Of a stretch of DNA of 64,000 nucleotides, positions 56,301-64,000 are shown piece after piece. The DNA is taken from the NCBI GenBank assembly GCA_000146045.2, contig BK006940.2:160001-224000 (forward strand), given 5' to 3'. Position numbers and translations under genes: made by a program. The stretch comes from TPA_inf: Saccharomyces. Lineage: Eukaryota. The notes beneath the pieces are model-generated. The model was given only the letters and a program-made list of their open reading frames with translations, searched no databases and was not told the DNA's origin. Each line of letters begins with the position of its first letter. The stretch's first letter is position 1.

Positions 56301-56419
56301 CTCAAGCTTTGCAAGACATTCTGGCTAAAGACGCCGAGGAAAGAGGCATCAAAGTCGACTTGGATGCCGCAATTGAAGAATTAAAGGAAGCATCAAGATA
56401 CATTTTAGAAGTCTACTAA
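53312..56419 (+). CDS. MET10: Met10, sulfite reductase alpha subunit (flavodoxin/FAD/NADPH-binding), 1035 aa
   Basis: True ATG at 53312 (MPVEFATNPFGEAKNATSLPKYGTPVTAISS...); the track ORF begins at an upstream TTG. The C-terminus has FNR-like FAD/NADPH motifs (…RREYSIASS…, …GLGTGLAPF…). Recognised as YFR030W. Confidence 0.93.
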   Translation: MPVEFATNPFGEAKNATSLPKYGTPVTAISSVLFNNVDSIFAYKSFSQPDLLHQDLKKWSEKRGNESRGKPFFQELDIRSGAGLAPLGFSHGLKNTTAIVAPGFSLPYFINSLKTVSHDGKFLLNVGALNYDNATGSVTNDYVTALDAASKLKYGVVTPISANEVQSVALLALAIATFSNNSGAINLFDGLNYSKTVLPLVESVPEASILAKLSKVIAPDAAFDDVLDKFNELTGLRLHNFQYFGAQDAETVFITYGSLESELFNSAISGNNSKIGLINVRVPLPFNVAKFVTHVPSTTKQIVVIGQTLDGSSPSFLRSQVSAALFYHGRTSISVSEYIYQPDFIWSPKAVKSIVSSFIPEFTYNADSSFGEGFIYWASDKSINIDVASKLVKALSLEDGKFVSLRTKFDNLANAGTFQAQFVTSKEQIPVSNIDSTKLSVVEDVSLLKHLDVAATVAEQGSIALVSQKAVKDLDLNSVESYVKNLGIPESFLISIAKKNIKLFIIDGETTNDESKLSLFIQAVFWKLAFGLDVAECTNRIWKSIDSGADISAASISEFLTGAFKNFLSEVPLALYTKFSEINIEKKEDEEEPAALPIFVNETSFLPNNSTIEEIPLPETSEISDIAKKLSFKEAYEVENKLRPDLPVKNFVVKVKENRRVTPADYDRYIFHIEFDISGTGMTYDIGEALGIHARNNESLVKEFLTFYGLNESDVVLVPNKDNHHLLETRTVLQAFVENLDIFGKPPKRFYESLIPYASNEEEKKKLEDLVTPAGAVDLKRFQDVEYYTYADIFELFPSVRPSLEELVTIIEPLKRREYSIASSQKVHPNEVHLLIVVVDWVDNKGRKRYGQASKYISDLAVGSELVVSVKPSVMKLPPSPKQPVIMSGLGTGLAPFKAIVEEKLWQKQQGYEIGEVFLYLGSRHKREEYLYGELWEAYKDAGIITHIGAAFSRDQPQKIYIQDRIKENLDELKTAMIDNKGSFYLCGPTWPVPDITQALQDILAKDAEERGIKVDLDAAIEELKEASRYILEVY

Positions 56420-56593
56420 ATTAATATAGTAATAAAAACTAAATATCTATTTATTGAACCTGTCTTGAACATTTCTATTTTTTTTTTACTTTTAGTTTTC
56501 TTCTATGCGCAAGCTTTTCTATTGGCTGCCAAATAGAAAATTATTGAAATATGATTACATTACAATATTTATTTGTCTTATGAAAACTAACCA

Positions 56594-59500
56594 TCACATT
56601 ATACTAACTACGGAGGTACCATCTTGAAATCTCGTCCTGAAGACCCTATTAGCATTGGCAAACATACCTTCTTTAAGCGAGACTACAATGAACTGAGATC
56701 CTTTAAACCTTGTTTTAATCAAATGACCTATATTTTGCGTATGACTTAAATCAAGAGCAGCATCAACTTCATCCAAAATATACATAGGCGCTGGTCGAAA
56801 TTGCAACAATGCCATAATCAATGACAAAGCAATCAACGACCTTTGCCCACCGGACAATTCAATCAAACTTTCCTTCCATATATTACCAAGCTTTACTTTA
56901 ACCTCTAAACCCTGCGTTACGTCCTTACCTTCGCATGGAACCAATTTTGCAAATGAATTTGGTAAAAGGTCTGCAAAAATATTACCAAAATCAAGTGTCA
57001 CTTTCTCCCATGTTTTGACTAAAGTTTCTCTTTTATATTCGTTCAACTTCGATATAGTCTCTTGGATTTTCATCTTATCTTTTTCAATCGTTTTAATCAT
57101 TGTTTTTAATGCTGCCTCCTTTTTCTCAACATTTTCTATCATATTCATAATATTTGGATTAACTTTTTTTCTGAGCTCTTGAAACTTCTCGTTCAATTGT
57201 TTACTCCTTTCTCTGTAAGTATCCAAATCGATACCCTCATTTTGTTTGACGATATTTCTCACCAGATCAAAATCCTCAAGAAATTCGTGTTTCTGTCGCA
57301 GATCTTCAATTATCTTTTCCATGTTGTTCGTATTAGACTTATATTTGTTCAAGTCATGGACCAATTTTTGTAGTTCTAATTCACTGCTTTTTTTCTCGTC
57401 CTGTTTTTTCTTTATCAATGTTTCTAATTCATTTAGTTCATCATCAATGTCCATCAACCTTTTCTTTTCTTCGTTCAGTTCTGTCTGGACTGTTACAAGG
57501 TCGTCTTCAACACCTCGTATCTTTCCCTCCAAATCAGAATTTTCCAATTTCAAACTTTCAATAGATTTCAAATGGTTATGCAATAGCGTCTTATTAGAAT
57601 CTAGTTCTGAGCTCAATTGCTCTGTTTCTAATTCCAAGTTTTGAAACAAGTCATATTTACGTTCTGACTCCGATTCCTGCTCCTCCAGCTCTTTCGCCAA
57701 TAGTTTCAATTCCTTCTTTAATTCATTTAACTTGGATCCTTTATCGCTATCGTACTCCTTCATGTCTTTTTCAATGGTCGAAACTTCTTCTTGACATTTC
57801 TTTAAGCTCATTTGCTTGGTTTTGATTTCATTCTCACACTCTCCAATGTCCCTCAAAATTTCTTCATTCCTAGCAATTATTTGGGAAGATGGATTCGCGT
57901 CGAGATTACGCTTAGCCAAATCCAATTTATGCAACGAGAGATTTAAATCACTTTGAATGGTCTTTGTTTTTTGCGATGTAGCATATTGCGTCTGTAGCTC
58001 TTCCGTTACATGGTTGAGATCAGCCTGAATGGTCTCAATTTGTTTTTGAATTTGATTGTATTTTTGAATATCAACTAATAACGATTCAGAGGTATTTCTA
58101 CTACCACCAGACAATGTACCCTCTGGGTCGTATACATCACCTTGAAGGGTGATACTTCTAGCGCGGATCTTTGGATGGAAGGTAATTTTCTTTGCTGTTT
58201 CCGGATCTTCACAGATTAAACTATTTCCAAAAATAAATTCCATCGCTTTAGTGATAGATTCATCAAACCTTATTAAATTTATTGCCAATTCAACTTTCCC
58301 AGGAGCAATTTTCTTGGCTAAATCAAGCACTTGAGAACTTATTGGCCTCGTATATATCTTATCAAGAGGTATGATGGTAACACGCTTGCGTAATCTTCCT
58401 CTTTCTAATAGCTGAGTGGCCGTCTGAGAATCTTGAACAACAACATTGAATAGCCTACCTCCGGCACAAGTTTGCAAAGCAGTAGCATAGCGAATATTAT
58501 CATTATCTATCTGGAAAAGTTGACCCACCACCCCATGGACAAAGCTGGCTTCAAAATTAGGATAAGGTTTCGTATAGTTAAATTCCAGATTTGTTACGCG
58601 TCTTTTTAAATATTCAGAGTTCTTACATGTTTGATAATAATGGCTCTTCAATTTATCCTCTCTTTGCTTCAGGTCTTTAATTCGTGATGGATCAAACCCA
58701 TATTCGACTAGTCGGGCTCGTAGTTTATCGCACGTTTCTTGGCATTGTTTAACATGCTTCACATTTAACTCGTTATCTTTCGTGGCCTCCTTTAATTTAG
58801 GTTCAATTGTCAATAGCTCTTTCTTCAACAACTCCATTTTCATGCTTGATTTTTTTATCGCCAAGGAGACTTCATTCAGCTCAGTCTTTGCCTTGGCCAA
58901 CTGTGCGTTATAACCACCGTCTGCGGCACCGGTCGAGGAAATACCTGTGGTTAAAGTGGAAACTAATTCTTCTTTTCGTTTATAAAGATCCCTTTGTTTA
59001 CTGAGTTGTTCCTGCACCATTTTATAATCCTTTTCAGTGTTAGCGTATGCCGATTTTTTTTCGATTAGCTTTGCAGAGGAACTTGCAATTTCTGACTCCA
59101 GAGCCTTTGATTTTTCAGTAGTATCATTCAAATTTTCTACTTTTATCGACAGTGAAGTTTTCAAACGAGAAATTTCATTTAAAAGACCGTTCTCCTTATT
59201 TTCCAACTTGGAGATTGTGCCTTCTTTGTGTAGTTCTTTTTCTTTCTGAAGTTTGATTTCCTCGACATCCTCATTCAAACTGTCTATTTCTTCGGAAGTT
59301 TTCTTAACAAATTCATTTAACATTTTCATACGAGTCTCACCGTTCTCCAGAGTTTCTCTTATTGATGTATGTTTATGTTTAATGTTATAGTATTCATAGG
59401 ATACAACAATTCGTTCAGTTTTTTCCAAATCAGTCTGAGTAGACTGAAATTCTAGGAACATTCTCTTTTCGTTTCGAAGTTTTTCCAGTTTAGGTTCGAT

Positions 59501-60106
59501 CTCTTCAGTTAACAGAGTCCTGTTCTCCTGTAATTTAGTTTCTTTCTTAGACATTGTTCTTTCTGCCTTTTCCCTACGATCCTCGAACATTTTTGTCCCT
59601 GCTGCCTCTTCAATCAGTGATAAGATCTCTGAGGGTTTCATATTCAAAACCTTGGTAATTTTACCTTGCATGATTAAAAAATTAGGATTATTGATATTTA
59701 ACTGCACGGATTGAAATAGTTGCAAAACCGACTGTTGAGGTGCCCTATGCCCATTTATCAGATATTTAGAAGTTCCACCAAGCACGACTTGCCTTGTAAC
59801 AGAGATTTGAGGAGAGTTAGTGAACCCAATGGGAGAATTTGATTTATCGGTATTATCAAAAACAATGGTTACGCTTGCCTTGGTAACACCTGCTTGACCA
59901 CGCTTATAGATCAAATCTTGCAGGCTAGATGCTCGCACAGTGCTCATTGATGCTATACCGAGCACGAAGCAAATGGCGTCCAAAATGTTCGACTTACCGG
60001 ACCCATTTAGACCTGTAATAGCATTGAATTGAGGGTCCCAATCAGTAATGACTGTTCTTGTAGCGTATGATTTGAAACCATCAATAATCAATTCCTCTAC
60101 CTTCAT
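56594..60106 (-). CDS. SMC2: Smc2, condensin SMC ATPase subunit, 1170 aa
   Basis: ORF MKVEELIIDGFKSYATRTVITDWDPQFNAITGLNGSGKSNILDAICFVLG... (Walker A). Long coiled coils, the signature LSGGQRSL and Walker B LDEVDAALD are visible. Recognised as YFR031C. Confidence 0.95.
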   Translation of the reverse strand: MKVEELIIDGFKSYATRTVITDWDPQFNAITGLNGSGKSNILDAICFVLGIASMSTVRASSLQDLIYKRGQAGVTKASVTIVFDNTDKSNSPIGFTNSPQISVTRQVVLGGTSKYLINGHRAPQQSVLQLFQSVQLNINNPNFLIMQGKITKVLNMKPSEILSLIEEAAGTKMFEDRREKAERTMSKKETKLQENRTLLTEEIEPKLEKLRNEKRMFLEFQSTQTDLEKTERIVVSYEYYNIKHKHTSIRETLENGETRMKMLNEFVKKTSEEIDSLNEDVEEIKLQKEKELHKEGTISKLENKENGLLNEISRLKTSLSIKVENLNDTTEKSKALESEIASSSAKLIEKKSAYANTEKDYKMVQEQLSKQRDLYKRKEELVSTLTTGISSTGAADGGYNAQLAKAKTELNEVSLAIKKSSMKMELLKKELLTIEPKLKEATKDNELNVKHVKQCQETCDKLRARLVEYGFDPSRIKDLKQREDKLKSHYYQTCKNSEYLKRRVTNLEFNYTKPYPNFEASFVHGVVGQLFQIDNDNIRYATALQTCAGGRLFNVVVQDSQTATQLLERGRLRKRVTIIPLDKIYTRPISSQVLDLAKKIAPGKVELAINLIRFDESITKAMEFIFGNSLICEDPETAKKITFHPKIRARSITLQGDVYDPEGTLSGGSRNTSESLLVDIQKYNQIQKQIETIQADLNHVTEELQTQYATSQKTKTIQSDLNLSLHKLDLAKRNLDANPSSQIIARNEEILRDIGECENEIKTKQMSLKKCQEEVSTIEKDMKEYDSDKGSKLNELKKELKLLAKELEEQESESERKYDLFQNLELETEQLSSELDSNKTLLHNHLKSIESLKLENSDLEGKIRGVEDDLVTVQTELNEEKKRLMDIDDELNELETLIKKKQDEKKSSELELQKLVHDLNKYKSNTNNMEKIIEDLRQKHEFLEDFDLVRNIVKQNEGIDLDTYRERSKQLNEKFQELRKKVNPNIMNMIENVEKKEAALKTMIKTIEKDKMKIQETISKLNEYKRETLVKTWEKVTLDFGNIFADLLPNSFAKLVPCEGKDVTQGLEVKVKLGNIWKESLIELSGGQRSLIALSLIMALLQFRPAPMYILDEVDAALDLSHTQNIGHLIKTRFKGSQFIVVSLKEGMFANANRVFRTRFQDGTSVVSIM

Positions 60107-60506
60107 GCGGTAACGATACTAAAATTGACTTGTATTTACGTGGTCTGCCTCGAGATTTCTTGACTGCACCGTGTGTTTACTGTTGTTGATCTTAAAATTA
60201 GAAATGCCCATCATCAGAGCCACGCAACACGGTAATCACTATAAACGCGTAAGGCAGAAAGCCATTTTATTCAAGAAGTCAACCCCCTCCATGAAGCAAT
60301 GCTTCACAGGGGAGAAGGGGGGAGCTTATGAGAGTATATTAAAGTTTACTTTGAAGAAATATTCTATTACTACAGAACAAAATCTAATTTAGAAATTTTT
60401 CTTTAAAAATAAGTGTTATGTTATATTGTATTGTTTGCTTTGAGGAATTTTTTGAGTTATCTTTTTTTTTTTAGATCTTGCTTAAAGAATGACTATTTTA
60501 CATAAT

Positions 60507-61418
60507 CTAATCTTGGGTCTTTTGAGAACCACGTAACAAACCAGTTCTTCTGGCGGCAATCAAACCGGCCTTTTGACCAGAAACAGCACCTCTAGAGATG
60601 GTAGAAGCCTTACCAATATGTTGATGGTTACCACCACCGTGAGGGTGATCAACTGGATTCATGGCAACACCACGGGTCTTTGGCCAAGAGTTTCTCTTCA
60701 ATCTGTACTTGTGGAAAGCACGACCAGCCTTCAACAATGGTTTGTCAACTCTACCACCACCGGCAATGACACCGATGACACCTCTGGCATCAGAAGAGAT
60801 AACCTTCTTGGCACCGGATGGTAATCTGACTCTAGTCTTGTTTTCGTCTGGGTTGTGACCGATGATAATAACGTAGTTACCGGAAGCTCTGGCTAGGGCA
60901 CCTCTGTCACCTGGCTTTTCTTCAACGTTGGAGACAATGGTACCTTCTGGGACAGAACCCAATGGCAAGACGTTACCGACGTTCAAAGAAGCCTTCTTAC
61001 CGGCGTAAATGAATTGACCAGTGTGGACACCTTCGTTAGCAATAAAGATTTCTTCACGCAATCTGTACTTGTATGGGTCACGGAAGACAACCTTGGCCAA
61101 TGGGGCACCTCTACCGGAGTCGTGGACAATTTGCTTAACGATACCACGAATGTAACCGTGACGTTCAGCATAATCCAAAGTTCTCAACTTGGCAGCACCT
61201 TGTCTCAATCTGGTGTGGGAGGTAAAGATAGAACCAGCACCCTTTCTTTGGTTACGAATAACTCTACCTGAATAAAAAATAATGAGAAAAAACACAGTTC
61301 TGTTAGTATACACGATACATTTTCAACAAAAGGAATAAAAAGACTGTAAAAGGGTGTGATGACATTGCGCCATTACGACAATCACATGGTTGTTAAATCA
61401 CGGTGCTGACATACCCAT
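60507..61418 (-). CDS. RPL2A: Rpl2A, ribosomal protein uL2, spliced with exon 1 at 61415-61418 (ATGG) and exon 2 at 60507-61267; 254 aa
   Basis: The 4-nt first exon ATGG is followed by GTATGT (plus strand acatacccat at 61409-61418). The branch point TACTAAC and acceptor ...ttattcAG precede GT AGA GTT ATT CGT AAC CAA ([18 protein letters not shown]...). The total is 765 nt, which is 254 aa plus stop. Recognised as YFR031C-A. Confidence 0.9.
61268..61414 (-). other. RPL2A: RPL2A intron (147 nt)
   Basis: GTATGT 5' splice site, tatactaacag branch region and cag acceptor, read directly. Confidence 0.85.
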
Positions 61419-62089
61419 TGCTTATTGATCTAATGGTTTCTTAGTTTGCTCAGAAATGGTTATTAGTCGCTAAAAAATGACCCAATAATAAAAAAAACGA
61501 GGTAATGATATTGAAGGAGGGGAGGGGCAGGGTTCAATCGATTATGCCTATGCGATAGTGCATTGCGTAGTAATCCATAGGTTCACATCCATGTGCACTG
61601 GTGCTGCGTTTGGCAATTCCCATACTATTCCAGATTGATCTGATCGTGCAGAGCAATGCCAAACCATCGACCGTAGGCCCAACGGTGAAACAATACGCGG
61701 AGAACGCTTAGCCGCTAGGCAGAACGCCTAGTTTACACAGTGGGAGAATGAGGATAGGCCTCTGCCTACGGTACCTTCGAATACAGGGAAAGTGGGAAGA
61801 GTGAGCTGCCGAAGTGAAAGAGGCTTACGCATTTTTTCTTTGGGAAGCGGACGCAGGACTAAGCTCATCATTTTCGAAAAAAAAAGAAAGTTGGAGCCGG
61901 AAAGGAATTGGGTGTTAAAAATGTACGGGTGAAAAAAGTCTTATTTTGTCTTAAAAGGGGTTCCCCCAGCCGCAAAAGAAAAGAAAAGAAAAATAATAGA
62001 TCAATTTTAGTTTACTTAGCAATAAACGAATATATGTATTTTATGTTAAGTTCTCACTGTTTATACCCCCTTTTCAATTTTATAAAGAT

Positions 62090-62959
62090 CTAAGTAGCAG
62101 CCACGGTTGGACGATCGGAAGACGAAGCAGGCGGAGGTGGGACATCATTGGTTTCCGCATTGTCTTGCCCTTCCTGCACTTGCTCCGCTGGCTCTACTGG
62201 CGCTGGCGCTGGCGCTGGCTCTGCCAATGCTGCTGGAGGTGGGTCGCGCGCATTGGTTAAGTTGTCCTTGACCAATTGTTTAATTTCTTGAATCTTAGAG
62301 ACGTAAGCGGGCTTCACTATTATCGATTTGCCCCTCAAAGTAGCTGTCTTGGCCACACTGTCACAAATGTCCCCAATTGGGGTTTCAGATTGCAAAGTGA
62401 CCAAAGCGGCAGTAATTTGGTGTGGAGCAAAAGGAATACACTTTCTCCTGTACACCTTGGACCTGTAAATCCAGATTTCTTGAGGCGAGTAGAGCTGGAA
62501 CAACTCACGGATCTCACTGTCGGTTATATCGTCTGGCAGGTCGTGACAGTAAACCGTATCCGCGGCAGTCTCTGGTGTCTTCTTAACCTTATTTTTTTCT
62601 TTGGGCTTCTTTACATCCGTGTCTGGAGTAGAGTCTGCCTCGTAAGGAACGTGTAACTTTAGAAATAGTTTCTGATTTTGGAAAACGGTTCCGTTCAAGT
62701 CTTGAATGGCCTTCAAAGCCAGAGTATTGTTTGCGAACTGGGCAAATGCTATGCCTAGTGGTTTGCGAGGGTTGCTATTGTGCCTTTTGCTGAATCTGCG
62801 GACGGTCTGCGTTGGAATCAACACTGAACTGGCGCCATAGTTGTTTAGGAAGGCATGTAGGTCTCGCTCACTCGCCGTGAATGGCAGGTTCGAAATGTAA
62901 ACTGTGGTAATGGTAGTGGTAGTGTCACTGGTAGTGTCATTGTTAACTTGTTCTGTCAT
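62090..62959 (-). CDS. RRT5: Rrt5, RRM-containing protein of unknown function, 289 aa
   Basis: ORF MTEQVNNDTTSDTTTTITTVYISNLPFTASERDLHAFLNNYG... (RNP-2-like VYISNLPF; RNP-1-like LGIAFAQF). Recognised as YFR032C. Confidence 0.85.
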   Translation of the reverse strand: MTEQVNNDTTSDTTTTITTVYISNLPFTASERDLHAFLNNYGASSVLIPTQTVRRFSKRHNSNPRKPLGIAFAQFANNTLALKAIQDLNGTVFQNQKLFLKLHVPYEADSTPDTDVKKPKEKNKVKKTPETAADTVYCHDLPDDITDSEIRELFQLYSPQEIWIYRSKVYRRKCIPFAPHQITAALVTLQSETPIGDICDSVAKTATLRGKSIIVKPAYVSKIQEIKQLVKDNLTNARDPPPAALAEPAPAPAPVEPAEQVQEGQDNAETNDVPPPPASSSDRPTVAAT

Positions 62960-63257
62960 TGCGGGCTTGTTTGTATGCTTATGTGAGGCCTTATACTTCT
63001 CTATGTGTTGCTACTCAGTAGAAGGTCAACACCATTGTTTTATACATCATTTATCTTTTGTTATTAATTTGTGACGCTTCCATTTTGTGGCACATAAGGA
63101 GGAAAAAGAAAATTAAAAGAAAAAAAAAAAGAAATAAAAAAAGAAAACGGTACTGGATATTGAGATAAATTTTCCTTCAATTAAGATAATAAAACATGTT
63201 ATATAAAATCAGACAAAATAATATGTAAATTTTTAACGTATTATAATCTTAAAAAGT

Positions 63258-63437
63258 TTATTTCTTGGCAGCAGCCAAAGCCTTAGCAGTGCCGTGTAGG
63301 GCATGCTTGTGGTTTCTTCTAAACTTTGGATCAACACCTTTCAAAGAAGGGTACTTGTAGGTCTTTGGCTTCTTGATACCGTTTCTGTGAGCCTTTCTGG
63401 TTTGGTTGTGAGCGGTATGGTTCTTAGACTTAGCCAT
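63258..63437 (-). CDS. RPL29: Rpl29, ribosomal protein eL29, 59 aa (below the ORF-track size cut-off)
   Basis: Reverse complement of 63258-63437 reads ATGGCTAAGTCTAAGAACCATACCGCTCACAACCAAACCAGAAAGGCTCACAGAAACGGTATCAAGAAGCCAAAGACCTACAAGTACCCTTCTTTGAAAGGTGTTGATCCAAAGTTTAGAAGAAACCACAAGCATGCCCTACACGGCACTGCTAAGGCTTTGGCTGCTGCCAAGAAATAA, which is [59 protein letters not shown]. Confidence 0.9.
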
Positions 63438-63709
63438 TTTCTGGAGAAGACGATGAATGTACGCAGAAATTGCGAATGGTCATTAAAGGTTAGTAAAAAT
63501 GATTCATAACGGTGGAGGGGAGTAGCGTGGCAGCTAACTGCCAATCTGAAGTGGTGCTAGCGGGGGCAACTTCGAACAAGGGTATGCTAAAGGTAATTGA
63601 ACGTTCGAGAAAGAGCGTTCGCTATAAGTTCAAACACTGGTAACTTTCCATTATTTTCCCTTCTCTCTTTTTTTCTTTATATCCTCCACTATATGCCACT
63701 CAGCGCACC

Positions 63710-63973
63710 TCAGATTTGGCTACCTGCATTTCCAATGGGCGAAATGGGGACTTCATGATAATATAACGTACTTTCTAACTGTATTGTTGTTCCGGGGTTC
63801 TTGAATATTGAATGAAAAATGTTATAAAATAATGGGTTGAATCTTGAAATATGCAGTATTGAAATATTCTGAAATTGTATGTATCCAGAGATTATGGCAA
63901 AGCCTAAAGGGAAAATGGTAGACTTCCTACATTGAGAATATCGCTGGTTTTCCCGAGCGCGGCTAGCGACCAT
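63710..63973 (-). CDS. ATG-initiated 87-aa small ORF upstream of RPL29; possibly the annotated small ORF YFR032C-B, questionable
   Basis: ATG at 63971-63973 on the minus strand ([14 protein letters not shown]...). I have only a vague memory of a small annotated ORF here. It has no recognisable domain. Confidence 0.25.
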
Positions 63974-64000
63974 TTTTCTTTGTCCTTACAGAACTAAAAA

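Noticed and set aside
61860-61880. Possible box C (AATGATGAG on the minus strand) of a C/D snoRNA in the GC-rich RPL2A upstream region
   Set aside because: No box D (CTGA) or terminal stem lies 60-150 nt downstream on the same strand. A single RUGAUGA match is expected by chance.
1-64000. CRISPR arrays, prokaryotic operons or defence-system-like gene clusters
   Set aside because: The sequence is unmistakably yeast nuclear DNA: spliceosomal introns with GTATGT/TACTAAC, Pol III tRNA genes with T-run terminators, Ty LTRs and recognisable S. cerevisiae proteins. The only periodic repeats are simple microsatellites and the two tandem duplications described.

Overview
This window is Saccharomyces cerevisiae nuclear DNA from the right arm of chromosome VI, covering the YFR007W-YFR032C-A block. 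From memory it corresponds to roughly chrVI:160,001-224,000, which I cannot verify here. The identification rests on protein sequences I recognise from the six-frame track and on tRNA and LTR sequences read directly.

The window holds 27 protein-coding genes, in order: the 3' end of YFH7, then FAR7, GCN20, UBP6, MIC19, DCV1, IOC3, CMK1, GSY1, AIP5/YFR016C, IGD1, YFR018C, FAB1, CSS2/YFR020W, ATG18, ROG3, PES4, LSB3, HIS2, ULI1, ECO1, CDC14, PTR3, MET10, SMC2, RPL2A, RRT5 and RPL29. LSB3 and RPL2A are spliced. RPL29 is 59 aa and is absent from the ORF track.

There are six RNA polymerase III tRNA genes:
- two identical tRNA-Gly(GCC) copies in inverted orientation;
- two identical intron-containing tRNA-Tyr(GUA) copies in inverted orientation;
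- one intron-containing tRNA-Ser(GCU);
- one tRNA-Ala(AGC).
Four of the six have Ty1/Ty2-type delta LTR material nearby. There is one near-intact solo delta, with a duplicated end fragment, upstream of the first tRNA-Gly, and degenerate delta remnants lie upstream of tRNA-Gly #2, tRNA-Ser and tRNA-Ala.

Likely replication-origin consensus elements are present where ARS606 and ARS607 are expected.

The ORF track uses GTG/TTG as well as ATG starts. Many listed ORFs therefore begin upstream of the true ATG, and I corrected starts where I could.

Nothing in the window looks foreign or like a novel multi-gene system; it is a canonical, densely packed yeast chromosomal region. The most notable local observations are:
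- a perfect 25-bp tandem duplication that frameshifts DCV1 and splits a roughly 465-codon ancestral ORF, consistent with its longer paralog YOL019W;
- a near-perfect 141-bp in-frame tandem duplication inside AIP5;
- a roughly 2-kb GC-rich island covering IGD1 and YFR018C;
- coding microsatellites, (CAR)12 in FAR7 and (AAT)14 in FAB1, and a (GT)31 tract upstream of CDC14;
- inverted identical tRNA pairs with LTR remnants that could act as rearrangement substrates.
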